Origin: a virus
Lineage: Duplodnaviria; Heunggongvirae; Uroviricota; Caudoviricetes
DNA length: 18,320 bases
Virus record (IMG/VR): IMGVR_UViG_2728369556_000002
Strand: one strand, 5' to 3'
Below the pieces are notes generated by a model. That model did no database searches, was not told the DNA's origin, and worked only from the letters and a program-made list of their open reading frames with translations. Each line of letters opens with the position of its first letter. Positions within the stretch are counted from its first letter, which is position 1. Positions 1 through 8,768 of the stretch are shown in pieces. The position numbers and the translations under genes were made by a program.

Positions 1-357
1 GACGAAGTTCACCGCATCCAGAAAACGGGCGTAAACCTTACGCCGGACCACCGTTCCGCCGACCAGACTCTGCATATCTTCCGCCATCCCGGTGACCATG
101 CCGTACAGATTAGAGACTTTAAGCGTTGGCCTTGCACTGGCTCCTTTGCCGTTCATCTCAAATCCGCTTCCCTGAATGGGATAAGCCTGATACTGCCGCC
201 CCTGCCAGGTGACTGGTTCACCTTTTTCGTTCTGCTCATTACAGAAGAAATAACGATCTCCGCCGACCTCTGTCAGATCAATTTCCCAGAGCACGACCAG
301 CGCGGATTGCTCCGTTTTAGTGCACTCATTGAGTGTTTCCTGCTGTATATCCTGCAT
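1..357 (-). CDS. L: minor tail protein L, N-terminal part only (gene runs past the window start)
   Basis: Minus-strand ATG at 357-355 overlaps the stop of the upstream M gene (TGATG). Translation MQDIQQETLNECTKTEQSALVVLWEIDLTEVGG... closely matches the N-terminus of lambda gpL as I recall it. Absent from the ORF track because it has no stop inside the window. Confidence 0.85.
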   Translation of the reverse strand, partial: MQDIQQETLNECTKTEQSALVVLWEIDLTEVGGDRYFFCNEQNEKGEPVTWQGRQYQAYPIQGSGFEMNGKGASARPTLKVSNLYGMVTGMAEDMQSLVGGTVVRRKVYARFLDAVNFV

Positions 358-713
358 CAGTGAGTGACCTCTTCAAAGGTACAGTTAAAATCGGTATACA
401 TGGCATTATCCGAAATGCTCCACTCCCTGCAGACAACCCGGACAGTCCTGTTGTGTTTTGGCGGACGCCACAAAAAAGCACGAATCCCGGCATGACGGGA
501 TAAAAAACTGTCCAGCGCGGCACGGGAATATTCATCTGTGACACGAAATACCGGTTTAAACGTTTTCAGATCCGCATTCAGACCACCAGCCCGTCGCTGT
601 TCATATCCGTCACCAAACTTTACCGTAATAACTGATGGCTTTCGTGTCGTCTCCATCCCCTCACGGGGGATCCAGTTAAAAACTTCAGGCTCAGGCACTG
701 TACAATCCTCCAT
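357..713 (-). CDS. M: minor tail protein M
   Basis: ORF track 357..743. The FGDGY...FLW motif region resembles lambda gpM. Start is more likely the ATG at 713 or the GTG at 698 (GGAGG 8 nt upstream) than 743, because the tape measure gene ends at 691. Confidence 0.8.
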   Translation of the reverse strand: MEDCTVPEPEVFNWIPREGMETTRKPSVITVKFGDGYEQRRAGGLNADLKTFKPVFRVTDEYSRAALDSFLSRHAGIRAFLWRPPKHNRTVRVVCREWSISDNAMYTDFNCTFEEVTH

Positions 714-3700
714 CCCGACGCGATGACTGCATAATTGACACAACCCTGCTGTCGATCAGATCCACCAGTCCCCTGGCTGAGCGCGCATCTATCTCGCCAT
801 TGCTCCCTTGATTCTGAATGCTGATGTGATACACGGGAGAATAAACAAATCCACCGCCACCATTCACATCTCCAATGGCCCTGACCCCAAGAGAGCCGTC
901 CGCTGCCCGTGTCAGTGGCATGATTGCTTCAGGCCCGGCCTCGCCCATCAACCCGGCCCCCTTCGCAAAAGCAAAATACGTCGGTGTATCCACAATAGTG
1001 TTACTGTAAGCACTCAGATTTGCCGATGTGTAAACACCACCTTTTGCGTTTGCCACTGCCCCCGAAATCCATCCGCCGACCGTACCAAGCCACCCTCCGG
1101 CACCGGAGAGTGATTTCAGTCCGTTAACAATGGCTGCATTCATCAGAATTTTTGAAACTTCCCGGAGAACTGAACTCCCCCAGTTCCTCCAGTCCACAAC
1201 ATTTCCGGCCAGTGCATCGGAAATATTTGATACCAGCCCGTCCATAGTGGAAACGACAGCATCTGCCGCCTGCGAAGCATAATCGGTGGCACTGTCTGCC
1301 CAGTTGGTCAGCCCCTCCTGGAGTCCTGCATTCCAGTTATTACGTAAAGCATCGGCCTTTGCATAATAATCCTGCTGATCGCTGAGACGCTCTTCCAGAT
1401 ATTTTTTATTCAGTTCTTTCTCCTGTTTCCACAGGGCTTCTTCAATTTCTCCGGCCTGATACTGTCTCAGCAGCTCGTTATTTTTCTGCTCAAACTCATG
1501 CCGGATACTCCACATTTCCTGGAGTCGTTCACGCATCCGTGAGCCTTCACCATATCCCAGTAACTGCGCGTCGTTAGACGCCCGGGTACTGGCATTACTG
1601 TCCGCCAGGCTGCTTTCATACGCAGCAAGCTGCTCACGAATCTTTTTCTGGTCGATGAGTGCTGCATTCTGCAAAAGCGTTTTTTTCTGCGCTTCTGACA
1701 GGGTTGATAATTCGCCCTGACTGACCTGATATTTCATCTTAGCCAGTTCAGTATTCTGCCCTGCCAGTGCTATCTGTTCTTTTTGCTGTTTAATCAGCCG
1801 TTTATAAATATCTTCTGTTTTTTCCGCTTCGGTCTTTTTATGCGCTTTGGGTTTATTTGCCTGGTTATTTCGCCAGGCATCCAGTGAGTTATTGATATAA
1901 TTCTGTCTGGCTGTCTGATACGCCTCTCCCACAAAGCCAAGATCATCCGCAGCATAGCCCAGTCGAGCACGCTCACGCGCTTCCCCCTTAAGGCGGGACA
2001 GAGCCAGTTCGCGCTTGCTGTTATTCAGTGCGGTCTGCTGTTTATCATCCAGGGTTGCCTGTGGTAGCCGTAACGGTACATTCACCAACCCCTGTCGCTG
2101 CTGAAGTAATTCATTACCAAGCCCAAGAAGGCGATTAAACTCGGTATGCTGCCCATTCATGATCAACAGGGACTGATACGCTTTGTTTTGTTCCGCCGCC
2201 TGTTGACGGATCAACGCAACCCGCCGCTCCTCCAGCCCGGCAAGCACATCCTGAATGGATTGCGCTTTGCCCTGCATTTGTGTGAGACGGGACTGTTCAA
2301 CTGCCAGTTGATTTGTTGCTTCTGCAAGCCCTTCTGTGACTGTTTTTACCGACGTCATGTGGTTAATCATAAAACCGTTATCGGTTGTCCAGCCCGGGTT
2401 TGCCAGCACATACTGATAGCCAGCAATTTTTTCCTGTAAGGATTTAATCTTACTTTTCTGCTCGTCAATTAACCTGTTTTGCTCATCAAGTGCCTGCCGC
2501 GTCTTTTCCTCATTATCTGACGCTTCAGGAAGCGACATTGCCGACGTTTTCTGGCGAATTTCGTCGATTGTTGCGGCATACTGGCGTGCAGATTCTCTGG
2601 CCTGCTCCTGATTCTGATACATCGTGTACCAGGCCGTCGCCCCCAGCATGACGAGTCCCGGCACACCACCAACCAGCCCCAGCGCACCACTTAACAGACG
2701 ACTCCCCACTGACGTGACAGTATTCAGCGTTGTCTGCGCCGCTGTTCTGGCCGCAATATTACGGGTAAGTGACGCCTGAGCAGCTGTCAGCTTCGCTTCT
2801 GCTGCGGCCTGCCTTTCGGTACCGCGAGCAGCAACAACCGCCTGTTGCGCACGATAAACCGCCGCACGCGCTCTGGCGGTTGCTATCTGTGTCCCCCGAA
2901 GTTGCGCTTCAGCAAGAGCCACTTCGTTTCTGGCTGCAGTAATTAATCCGGCAGTTGCAGATCCAGCAGACGACGCCATATTGCCAAAATATCGGGCTAC
3001 CCCGACGGCAACCAGTGCGCCAGCTGCAGCAGCCACGGTATCAATATTGTCTGCAACACCATTCAGCACACCGGAGAGTGTCTTTGTCACTCCGCTTGCC
3101 TCGTTCGCACCACCAACCCAGGCCATAAAGGCGTTTTCAACTTTGGTTGCAGAGGATGAAACAGTATCAGGCATTGCTGCATATTCATCACGCAACGCCC
3201 CAAGCTGACTAATCAGTGCAGGAACAACCTTATCGGCGGTCAGTTTTCCGTTATCCGCCATGGCCTTCAGATCCTTACGGGCAACCCCCATTCCCGCAGC
3301 CAGCGCACGAATAACACGATCGCCGTTCTCATTCACCGAGTTAAACTCTTCACCGCGCAGCACTCCCTGCGCCAGTGCCTGACTGAACTGCATGATCACC
3401 GAACTGGCTTCTGCTGTACTGGCACCGGATAATTTCAGGCCCGTGGAGATCGCCTCGGTGACTTTCAGTACCTCCTCAGAACTGTAACCATACTCCCGCA
3501 TGGAAGCTGCAGAACGGGCAAAAAGGCTGGCGTTATCAGAAAACGCCGTCCCCGTTCTCTGGCTGATCGCCATTAATTCACGCTGTGATGCCTGAAAATC
3601 ATCACTGGACTGTGAGGCCTGCTTCAGACGGGCATTTACTGAATTCCACTCATCGGCGAGAGAAATAAGATGACCGGTAGCAAAAGCCCCGGCAAATGCC

Positions 3701-3924
3701 CCCGCCATATTCAGTGCCGAAGATTTAGCTGTATTTATCTGATCCGTCACTTCTGCCAGTGCACGCCGCATTTCACGGGAGGCAGCAGCAGACTGTTGGC
3801 CTCCGTTCTGCATGGTGCGGTAGTAATCCTGCCCCATACGCGAAGCCCGGGAGATCTCTGACTGGAATGACCGGGAGTTTGCCGAGATTTTAATAATCAG
3901 TTCACGTAATGTCGCCACACTCAT
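691..3924 (-). CDS. H: tail tape measure protein (gpH-like)
   Basis: 1077-aa ORF with Ala/Gln-rich coiled-coil composition, located directly after the G/T chaperone pair and before M and L. Confidence 0.93.
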   Translation of the reverse strand: MSVATLRELIIKISANSRSFQSEISRASRMGQDYYRTMQNGGQQSAAASREMRRALAEVTDQINTAKSSALNMAGAFAGAFATGHLISLADEWNSVNARLKQASQSSDDFQASQRELMAISQRTGTAFSDNASLFARSAASMREYGYSSEEVLKVTEAISTGLKLSGASTAEASSVIMQFSQALAQGVLRGEEFNSVNENGDRVIRALAAGMGVARKDLKAMADNGKLTADKVVPALISQLGALRDEYAAMPDTVSSSATKVENAFMAWVGGANEASGVTKTLSGVLNGVADNIDTVAAAAGALVAVGVARYFGNMASSAGSATAGLITAARNEVALAEAQLRGTQIATARARAAVYRAQQAVVAARGTERQAAAEAKLTAAQASLTRNIAARTAAQTTLNTVTSVGSRLLSGALGLVGGVPGLVMLGATAWYTMYQNQEQARESARQYAATIDEIRQKTSAMSLPEASDNEEKTRQALDEQNRLIDEQKSKIKSLQEKIAGYQYVLANPGWTTDNGFMINHMTSVKTVTEGLAEATNQLAVEQSRLTQMQGKAQSIQDVLAGLEERRVALIRQQAAEQNKAYQSLLIMNGQHTEFNRLLGLGNELLQQRQGLVNVPLRLPQATLDDKQQTALNNSKRELALSRLKGEARERARLGYAADDLGFVGEAYQTARQNYINNSLDAWRNNQANKPKAHKKTEAEKTEDIYKRLIKQQKEQIALAGQNTELAKMKYQVSQGELSTLSEAQKKTLLQNAALIDQKKIREQLAAYESSLADSNASTRASNDAQLLGYGEGSRMRERLQEMWSIRHEFEQKNNELLRQYQAGEIEEALWKQEKELNKKYLEERLSDQQDYYAKADALRNNWNAGLQEGLTNWADSATDYASQAADAVVSTMDGLVSNISDALAGNVVDWRNWGSSVLREVSKILMNAAIVNGLKSLSGAGGWLGTVGGWISGAVANAKGGVYTSANLSAYSNTIVDTPTYFAFAKGAGLMGEAGPEAIMPLTRAADGSLGVRAIGDVNGGGGFVYSPVYHISIQNQGSNGEIDARSARGLVDLIDSRVVSIMQSSRRDGGLYSA

Positions 3925-3932
3925 TCTCCGGA

Positions 3933-3955
3933 CGAAAAAAAACCGCCGAAGCGGT
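3933..3955 (-). terminator. intrinsic terminator-like hairpin between the GT and tape measure genes
   Basis: Minus strand reads AACCGCTTCGGCGGTT followed by TTTTTTTT (plus 3933-3955), immediately upstream of the H ribosome-binding site. Confidence 0.4.
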
Positions 3956-3964
3956 TATGTTGAC

Positions 3965-4255
3965 TCACTGAGACACTATTAAAAGCGCGTTTTCCAGTCC
4001 GGCAAATGGATCTGAAGCGCCTTCTGTCTGCTCCTTCTCCCACTGAAGAAGCGCATCATTCAGTGACACTTTGACCCCCTGCGCACCGTAAATAGCTGAA
4101 ACAATCTGGGCAGCCCGGAAATCAGCCCGTTCGTCCCCCAGCGGGCTGAACCTGTCAAATTCTGCCCACATCATGATTTCTGATGCGGACATTTCCCGGC
4201 GTAACTCTGACAATGTGCGCCCCATCCTGAGCGCCAGCATCATCAGAAAACGCAT
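3965..4255 (-). CDS. T: tail assembly chaperone T segment, probably made only as a G-T fusion by -1 frameshift
   Basis: The 96-aa ORF lies in the -1 frame relative to G. The -1 frame is open from the A8 slippery run at the end of G (4271-4278) into this ORF. Confidence 0.7.
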   Translation of the reverse strand: MRFLMMLALRMGRTLSELRREMSASEIMMWAEFDRFSPLGDERADFRAAQIVSAIYGAQGVKVSLNDALLQWEKEQTEGASDPFAGLENALLIVSQ

Positions 4256-4266
4256 CCCCGGAAGCG

Positions 4267-4638
4267 CTACTTTTTTTTAACCTCGCCGGCATCACTGATC
4301 AGTTCCAGAGACTGCCGAAGAAGCCGCGCATGCACCGGGCCATACACGGCAATCACCTGTTCACGATCATCCTCTGAAAATACGGGTTGCAGTCCGGTAT
4401 CACACAGAACATCAATGAACAGTTCAACATCTGCCTCCAGATTTCGGCGGGCGCGCTCCGCAACGGATAACGGTGTCTCATCATCTTTTGCTTTAACGAT
4501 CTCCTGCCAGCGCAACCAGGCTTCTGCAGAAGGTTCCCGTAACACAACCGTTGCTCCCTCCCATTCAGGCACATCAACGGTTTTATGGCGAAACCCCGAC
4601 ATCGTTGCCAGTGCCAGATTACGGATATTTTTAGTCAT
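4267..4638 (-). CDS. G: tail assembly chaperone G
   Basis: ORF track 4267..4653. Preferred start is the ATG at 4638 (MTKNIRNL...) with GAGGA 8 nt upstream. The gene ends ...GEVKKK-stop inside an AAAAAAAAG slippery run. Position between V and H. Confidence 0.7.
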   Translation of the reverse strand: MTKNIRNLALATMSGFRHKTVDVPEWEGATVVLREPSAEAWLRWQEIVKAKDDETPLSVAERARRNLEADVELFIDVLCDTGLQPVFSEDDREQVIAVYGPVHARLLRQSLELISDAGEVKKK

Positions 4639-4652
4639 CACATCCATCCTCA

Positions 4653-5357
4653 TTAACTGACGGTTACAGTGCAGGAAGTGGAGGTCACTTTGTTAACCGG
4701 GCTCGCTGAATCAGAAATCTCGCAGGTATACGCACCGGCATCACCGGATGCTGCTGATGCCTTACTGAACGTTGCCGCCGTCTGTCCGGAAACAGGAGAA
4801 CCACCTTTTTTCCAGGCATAAGAATAAGGCGGCACACCACCCACAGCCTCAACCGCCATTTCAAGTTTCGCTCCGGAAGCAACCCGCAGCGTGCTTTTTA
4901 AATCGACCTTCACTTTCAGCTGCTCTGTCGTCAGCACAGGCTTACCTTTCAGGCGCAGAGAAAACGTTGCAGCCACAACACCATTGGTTCCTGCAGACCA
5001 GGTATGCTGACGCACCTCTGCCATAAAGGTAAATCCGTTGCCTGACGGAAAAATAACTTTAAAGCCATACGTGGTGTCATTGTCATAGGCACTGCGCAAC
5101 GCGTTCTGGGCAGCATTCAGATAAAAGTTGCCTGACATGGAAATCTCTGAAGCAGCCCCAAGACCGTTAATATTTTCCTGCTCAACAGAATACAGCGTGG
5201 TGACATCAATATCCTGCTTTTGTCCTGCGGTAAACTGCACCTCTTTGATTGTACAGCTCAGGCCAAGATAGCTGGCAGAATCCAGGGTTTCTGCTGTTAC
5301 CGGTGCAGACGAAATCATAATTTTCGTCAGTTGCGAACGCTCAAAATTAGAGGACAT
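4653..5357 (-). CDS. V: major tail protein (gpV-like) with C-terminal Ig-like domain
   Basis: 234-aa ORF with AGGAGA ribosome-binding site. The C-terminal ~90 aa (VPPYSYAWKKGG...AYTCEISD...) look like a Big_2-type Ig fold, as in lambda gpV. Confidence 0.88.
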   Translation of the reverse strand: MSSNFERSQLTKIMISSAPVTAETLDSASYLGLSCTIKEVQFTAGQKQDIDVTTLYSVEQENINGLGAASEISMSGNFYLNAAQNALRSAYDNDTTYGFKVIFPSGNGFTFMAEVRQHTWSAGTNGVVAATFSLRLKGKPVLTTEQLKVKVDLKSTLRVASGAKLEMAVEAVGGVPPYSYAWKKGGSPVSGQTAATFSKASAASGDAGAYTCEISDSASPVNKVTSTSCTVTVS

Positions 5358-5363
5358 ACTCGT

Positions 5364-5385
5364 CTCCTGAAAATAAAAAAACCCG
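5364..5385 (-). terminator. intrinsic terminator-like hairpin upstream of the major tail gene
   Basis: Minus strand reads CCCGCCGCTGGCGGG followed by TTTTTTT, then the V ribosome-binding site. Confidence 0.4.
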
Positions 5386-5417
5386 CCAGCGGCGGGTGGG
5401 TAAAATCATTAATGACC

Positions 5418-5762
5418 TCAGGCTATTACCTGGAATTCAAGCGTGGCTCTGCTCAGACGGGAGTCAGGATCATAACCCTGCGTTTTAGAAATAACGGAGG
5501 GTGCCAGTTTTCTTACCGCATCAAGCGCCTGCTCACGAATATTATCTGCGTCATCAGGTACTGTCGCCCAGACATCGATCTGCACGGTAATTCTGGATTC
5601 AGCCTGCCCATCAAGCACATCAGATACCGTGTCAGACACCACAGAAAACACCAGCCACGGCGGAGATACTGCAGGCTTTCCCTCCGTCAGCGGGACCACA
5701 TAAGGATAAACCTGTCCTCCGGCCAGCTGAGACAACAGGGAATACAGTGTGCCCTCCCTCAT
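5418..5762 (-). CDS. tail terminator protein (gpU position)
   Basis: 114-aa ORF whose ATG overlaps the upstream stop (ATGA), immediately before the major tail gene. Assignment is by position and size, with weak family recall. Confidence 0.6.
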   Translation of the reverse strand: MREGTLYSLLSQLAGGQVYPYVVPLTEGKPAVSPPWLVFSVVSDTVSDVLDGQAESRITVQIDVWATVPDDADNIREQALDAVRKLAPSVISKTQGYDPDSRLSRATLEFQVIA

Positions 5763-6205
5763 TTACTTAAGACCTCATCAATAGCCTGATTCATTCGCTG
5801 TATGGCAACCTGCGCCGCCAGCTCCTCTGTCGTATCGAAAGCCGGGCGAATGAATGGATGCGCGGGCATGTTTATCGTTCCCAGCTCCACAAAGCGCCAG
5901 TAAAATGCATTTCGGGGATCGCTGGCTTTCATGCTGTTATCACTGTTTCCGGTTCGCAGGTTCCGTCCGCGAATGTGGACACCCGAGATAATTTCCCCCC
6001 GACGCTTTGAACGCTGAGTGAGAACAACCACATTTTTCTTCAGTTTCCCGGTTCGCTCCGGCGCACGTTCAACAACTGCATCCCGCATAACTTCAGCACC
6101 GGCACGGGTGGCATCGCGCAGAACCTTATTGTTTTCTGCCCTGCTGAGCGTCTCCAAATCCCGTGCAATATCCGCCAGGCCGGAAAAATCAAGACTGAAA
6201 TCCAT
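5759..6205 (-). CDS. HK97 gp10-family tail completion protein (gpZ position)
   Basis: Contains the motif NAFYWRFVELGT...PFIRPA typical of the HK97 gp10 family. Likely start is the ATG at 6205 overlapping the upstream stop. Confidence 0.75.
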   Translation of the reverse strand: MDFSLDFSGLADIARDLETLSRAENNKVLRDATRAGAEVMRDAVVERAPERTGKLKKNVVVLTQRSKRRGEIISGVHIRGRNLRTGNSDNSMKASDPRNAFYWRFVELGTINMPAHPFIRPAFDTTEELAAQVAIQRMNQAIDEVLSK

Positions 6206-6543
6206 CACACATTCCCCTTCAGGCTGCAGAGTATTTCAAGCCGGGTAGCGCGTGCATCCGGTATTGGTGGACCTTCTATACCCAGAATGGCCCCTTTAAA
6301 TGCACCGGTCAGCACTTTCAGACGTGAAGTCGCTGTCACATCGCGCCGGAATCTCATCCAGACTCTGACCGTAGCCTGAGCGGTTTCTGCTCCGCCTGAG
6401 ATTATCTCCCTCCCGCTGATACCCTTAACTTCTGCCCATACGGTAGCTCCCTCCGTCACCGTCTCCACCGGATGCCCTGACGGAGAGCGGGCGGTGGTGA
6501 CATTCAGAATAATTACGCGATCACGTAATCTGCCCGCCTGCAT
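6205..6543 (-). CDS. head closure / head-tail adaptor protein
   Basis: 112-aa ORF with a strong AGGAGGAG ribosome-binding site. Size, position and the ...WAEV...R..R pattern fit the head-tail joining family. Confidence 0.75.
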   Translation of the reverse strand: MQAGRLRDRVIILNVTTARSPSGHPVETVTEGATVWAEVKGISGREIISGGAETAQATVRVWMRFRRDVTATSRLKVLTGAFKGAILGIEGPPIPDARATRLEILCSLKGNV

Positions 6544-6551
6544 GTCTCCTC

Positions 6552-6869
6552 CTACAAAGGAATAAAACGATAAGGCTCCAGCAGAGAAGAAAAACCAAAC
6601 GGGACTGGTGCCTTACTGACATCTGAGGAATTTTCCCGGTTTTCGCACCAGTGCCCGACCAGCAACATGAGCGCCAGCAAAACATCATCAGCTATAAGCA
6701 CCCCTTCAGGATCACCTTCCGGCACCGTCTCCTCATAAAGCTTACGGTTGATAAAATTTTCTGCCTTGCGGCAGGCAGCCCGGAAATACAGCATCAGTAA
6801 CTCATCATCAGTTGCATCATCTGTATCAATACGGCACTGCGCCCTGAGTTTTTCCACTATTGCTGCCAT
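6552..6869 (-). CDS. head-tail connector protein (gp6-like)
   Basis: ORF track 6552..7049. The real start is probably the ATG at 6869 (MAAIVEKL...) with AGGAG upstream, because the major capsid gene ends at 6946. Confidence 0.75.
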   Translation of the reverse strand: MAAIVEKLRAQCRIDTDDATDDELLMLYFRAACRKAENFINRKLYEETVPEGDPEGVLIADDVLLALMLLVGHWCENRENSSDVSKAPVPFGFSSLLEPYRFIPL

Positions 6870-6900
6870 CAGAAACTCCTGCCCGCAACACTGTGCGGGC

Positions 6901-6923
6901 ATAAAAAAACCGCGTCGGCGCGG
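6901..6923 (-). terminator. intrinsic terminator-like hairpin downstream of the major capsid gene
   Basis: Minus strand reads ACCGCGCCGACGCGGT followed by TTTTTTT, directly after the capsid stop codon. Confidence 0.45.
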
Positions 6924-6945
6924 TCTGTAACTGAACAACGAGTGG

Positions 6946-8163
6946 TTATTTGCCAGTGAGCGCCTTGATGGCTGCCACATCTTCCAGCACACAGTCAAAA
7001 CGATGGAAAGCCAGAAATGCCACCTGATCAAACTCAGCATAACGCTCAACCAGACGTTTCAGTTCCATATAAGTAACGCGGCGAATGATAAAGCGGTTGA
7101 AATCCCCCAGGAAAATGAATTTTTTTCCAGTACCAATCCCGTCAATAGCCTGATCAATAACATAAGGGATCCCCAGCACAGTAGCCGGCGTACCGCCTGC
7201 AATATCCGGCAGCCATAACGGGCGTTTCTGTCCATCCTCCATCTCTTCAATAGTCTGCAATGTGGCATCATTGAATGCCCAGCGGTATTTCGGCCCACCA
7301 CGATATGCCGGATCAATGGCATGTTTCAGGGCATTCATTTCTTTCCAGGTGAAAGCGGCAGAGGCTGCAGTCTGGATGGTTCCCGTCACCGACGCTGCCA
7401 GCCCTTTTGGCTGTAACGGTGATCCCGTTCCGGTCCCCTGAACCAGATATTTTGCCTCTCCACGACCAATACGCTGGGCAATACGGTTTGCCAGATAAGA
7501 TTCAATATCCACCCCACTGTCCTGGAGCAGCTCATTGGACACACGAATTATTTTTGATGACAGCTTTTTAGCCCCCAGAATAGCGGTCCCGAACGTCACA
7601 TCCTGTTCCGTTGCGGCTGTATTTTCCGCCAGCAGTTCGCCCTCTTCAGTCGTGCCATCAGACGTTGACCAGGTGATATCCTGCCCGGTTGATGTGGTCA
7701 GAAGTTGCGCCACACTGGCAATCCCGCCATAAGCCTTCATGGTGTCAATGATTTTGTTACGCATCTGCGTGGGCACCGTATATCCGCCCTGAGAATCCGT
7801 TGTTACACTCTGAGCCCGCAGTTCACGCATCAGATTACGCTCTTCAGCATTCAGTTCTGCAAATCCGGCACGCAGAAAACGGTTAAATGCCGCAGCACGC
7901 TTCTCTTCCACCGCCTTTTTCCCGTTCTCCGCCTCATTATTCTGGCGCTCTTCCGGCCCGGACTCATCCACATATGCCTGATCCTGACGGCGCAACTCTT
8001 CTTCACGGGCGATTTGCTCATCCAGCGCATCCAGCTCAGCTTTCGCCCTGTTCCACTCTGCCCGTTGCTCATCAGTCCATGCGTTATCACCAATTTTTTC
8101 ATGCAGTGCACGCATATCCTTTGCAATGGTGTTTCGTTTTTGCTTCATCTCATGAAGTTTCAT
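6946..8163 (-). CDS. major capsid protein, HK97 family, with N-terminal coiled-coil delta domain
   Basis: 405-aa ORF with a charged coiled-coil N-terminal ~120 aa followed by an HK97-like capsid body. Lies between the protease and connector genes. Confidence 0.92.
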   Translation of the reverse strand: MKLHEMKQKRNTIAKDMRALHEKIGDNAWTDEQRAEWNRAKAELDALDEQIAREEELRRQDQAYVDESGPEERQNNEAENGKKAVEEKRAAAFNRFLRAGFAELNAEERNLMRELRAQSVTTDSQGGYTVPTQMRNKIIDTMKAYGGIASVAQLLTTSTGQDITWSTSDGTTEEGELLAENTAATEQDVTFGTAILGAKKLSSKIIRVSNELLQDSGVDIESYLANRIAQRIGRGEAKYLVQGTGTGSPLQPKGLAASVTGTIQTAASAAFTWKEMNALKHAIDPAYRGGPKYRWAFNDATLQTIEEMEDGQKRPLWLPDIAGGTPATVLGIPYVIDQAIDGIGTGKKFIFLGDFNRFIIRRVTYMELKRLVERYAEFDQVAFLAFHRFDCVLEDVAAIKALTGK

Positions 8164-8177
8164 CGTCAGTAGTATCC

Positions 8178-8724
8178 TTATGCATTAAGAAGGGTCAAAA
8201 GGCGCTCACGCGCCATTCGTTCATTAACAGCTTTCTTCAGCGCACCACTCGCCCGCGCTTCCTGCCAGGCTTTCATTGAGCGGACACCGGAGTCTGCGTC
8301 CTGATAGGCCGGATATGTCACCGGGCTGACGTCATACAGACGAGAAATGCGCGTGATTTCCCGGATAACAATCCCCTCGTCGTCTTCATACCAGCTCTCT
8401 CCGTCACGGGCGACACGAAACGCGAACGAGGACTGGTTAATGTCACCACGCAACATTGGAGACAGCACCAGGTCACAAATAGTCGGAGTATCCGGTGCAA
8501 CAATGTCATAACGTAAACCGCGTTCATCCACCGACAATGACAATGTGCCGGCAGAACTTCGTCCGAGAATGAAATTAGGATCATGATTAAACAAGCCACG
8601 TACATCATCATTCAGTACATCATCAAAAGCCCCCGGCTTGATGATTTCACGAAATCCCCACAGAGGTTCTGAACGACTGTTAAATACCGAGCCATACCCC
8701 AGAATGTGGGTCGGGCATTATCAT
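8178..8724 (-). CDS. prohead protease (HK97 / S78 family) with an apparent frame break at the 5' end
   Basis: The protease frame is open from 8717 to 8178 (...ILGYGSVFNSRSEPLWGFREIIKPGAFDD...NHD...) but has no ATG, GTG or TTG before the TTG at 8594. The only ATGs with a ribosome-binding site (8724 and 8718) are in the +1 frame and stop after 14 codons. Confidence 0.75.
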
Positions 8725-8768
8725 ATTGTTCCGCCCGCACCTCCCCGCTGTAACAGCGCGTTTCACGG

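Noticed and set aside
808-3208. Plus-strand ORFs inside the tape measure gene (808..1113, 2146..2439, 2981..3208)
   Set aside because: Antisense to a long, well-supported gene, with no ribosome-binding sites and low-complexity translations typical of shadow ORFs.
5220-5789. 189-aa plus-strand ORF across the major tail and tail terminator genes
   Set aside because: Antisense shadow ORF spanning two minus-strand genes. The Arg/Cys-rich translation is not protein-like.
7705-8279. Plus-strand ORFs (7705..8172, 7887..8279) inside the major capsid and protease genes
   Set aside because: Antisense to strongly supported head genes; Pro/His-rich low-complexity products.
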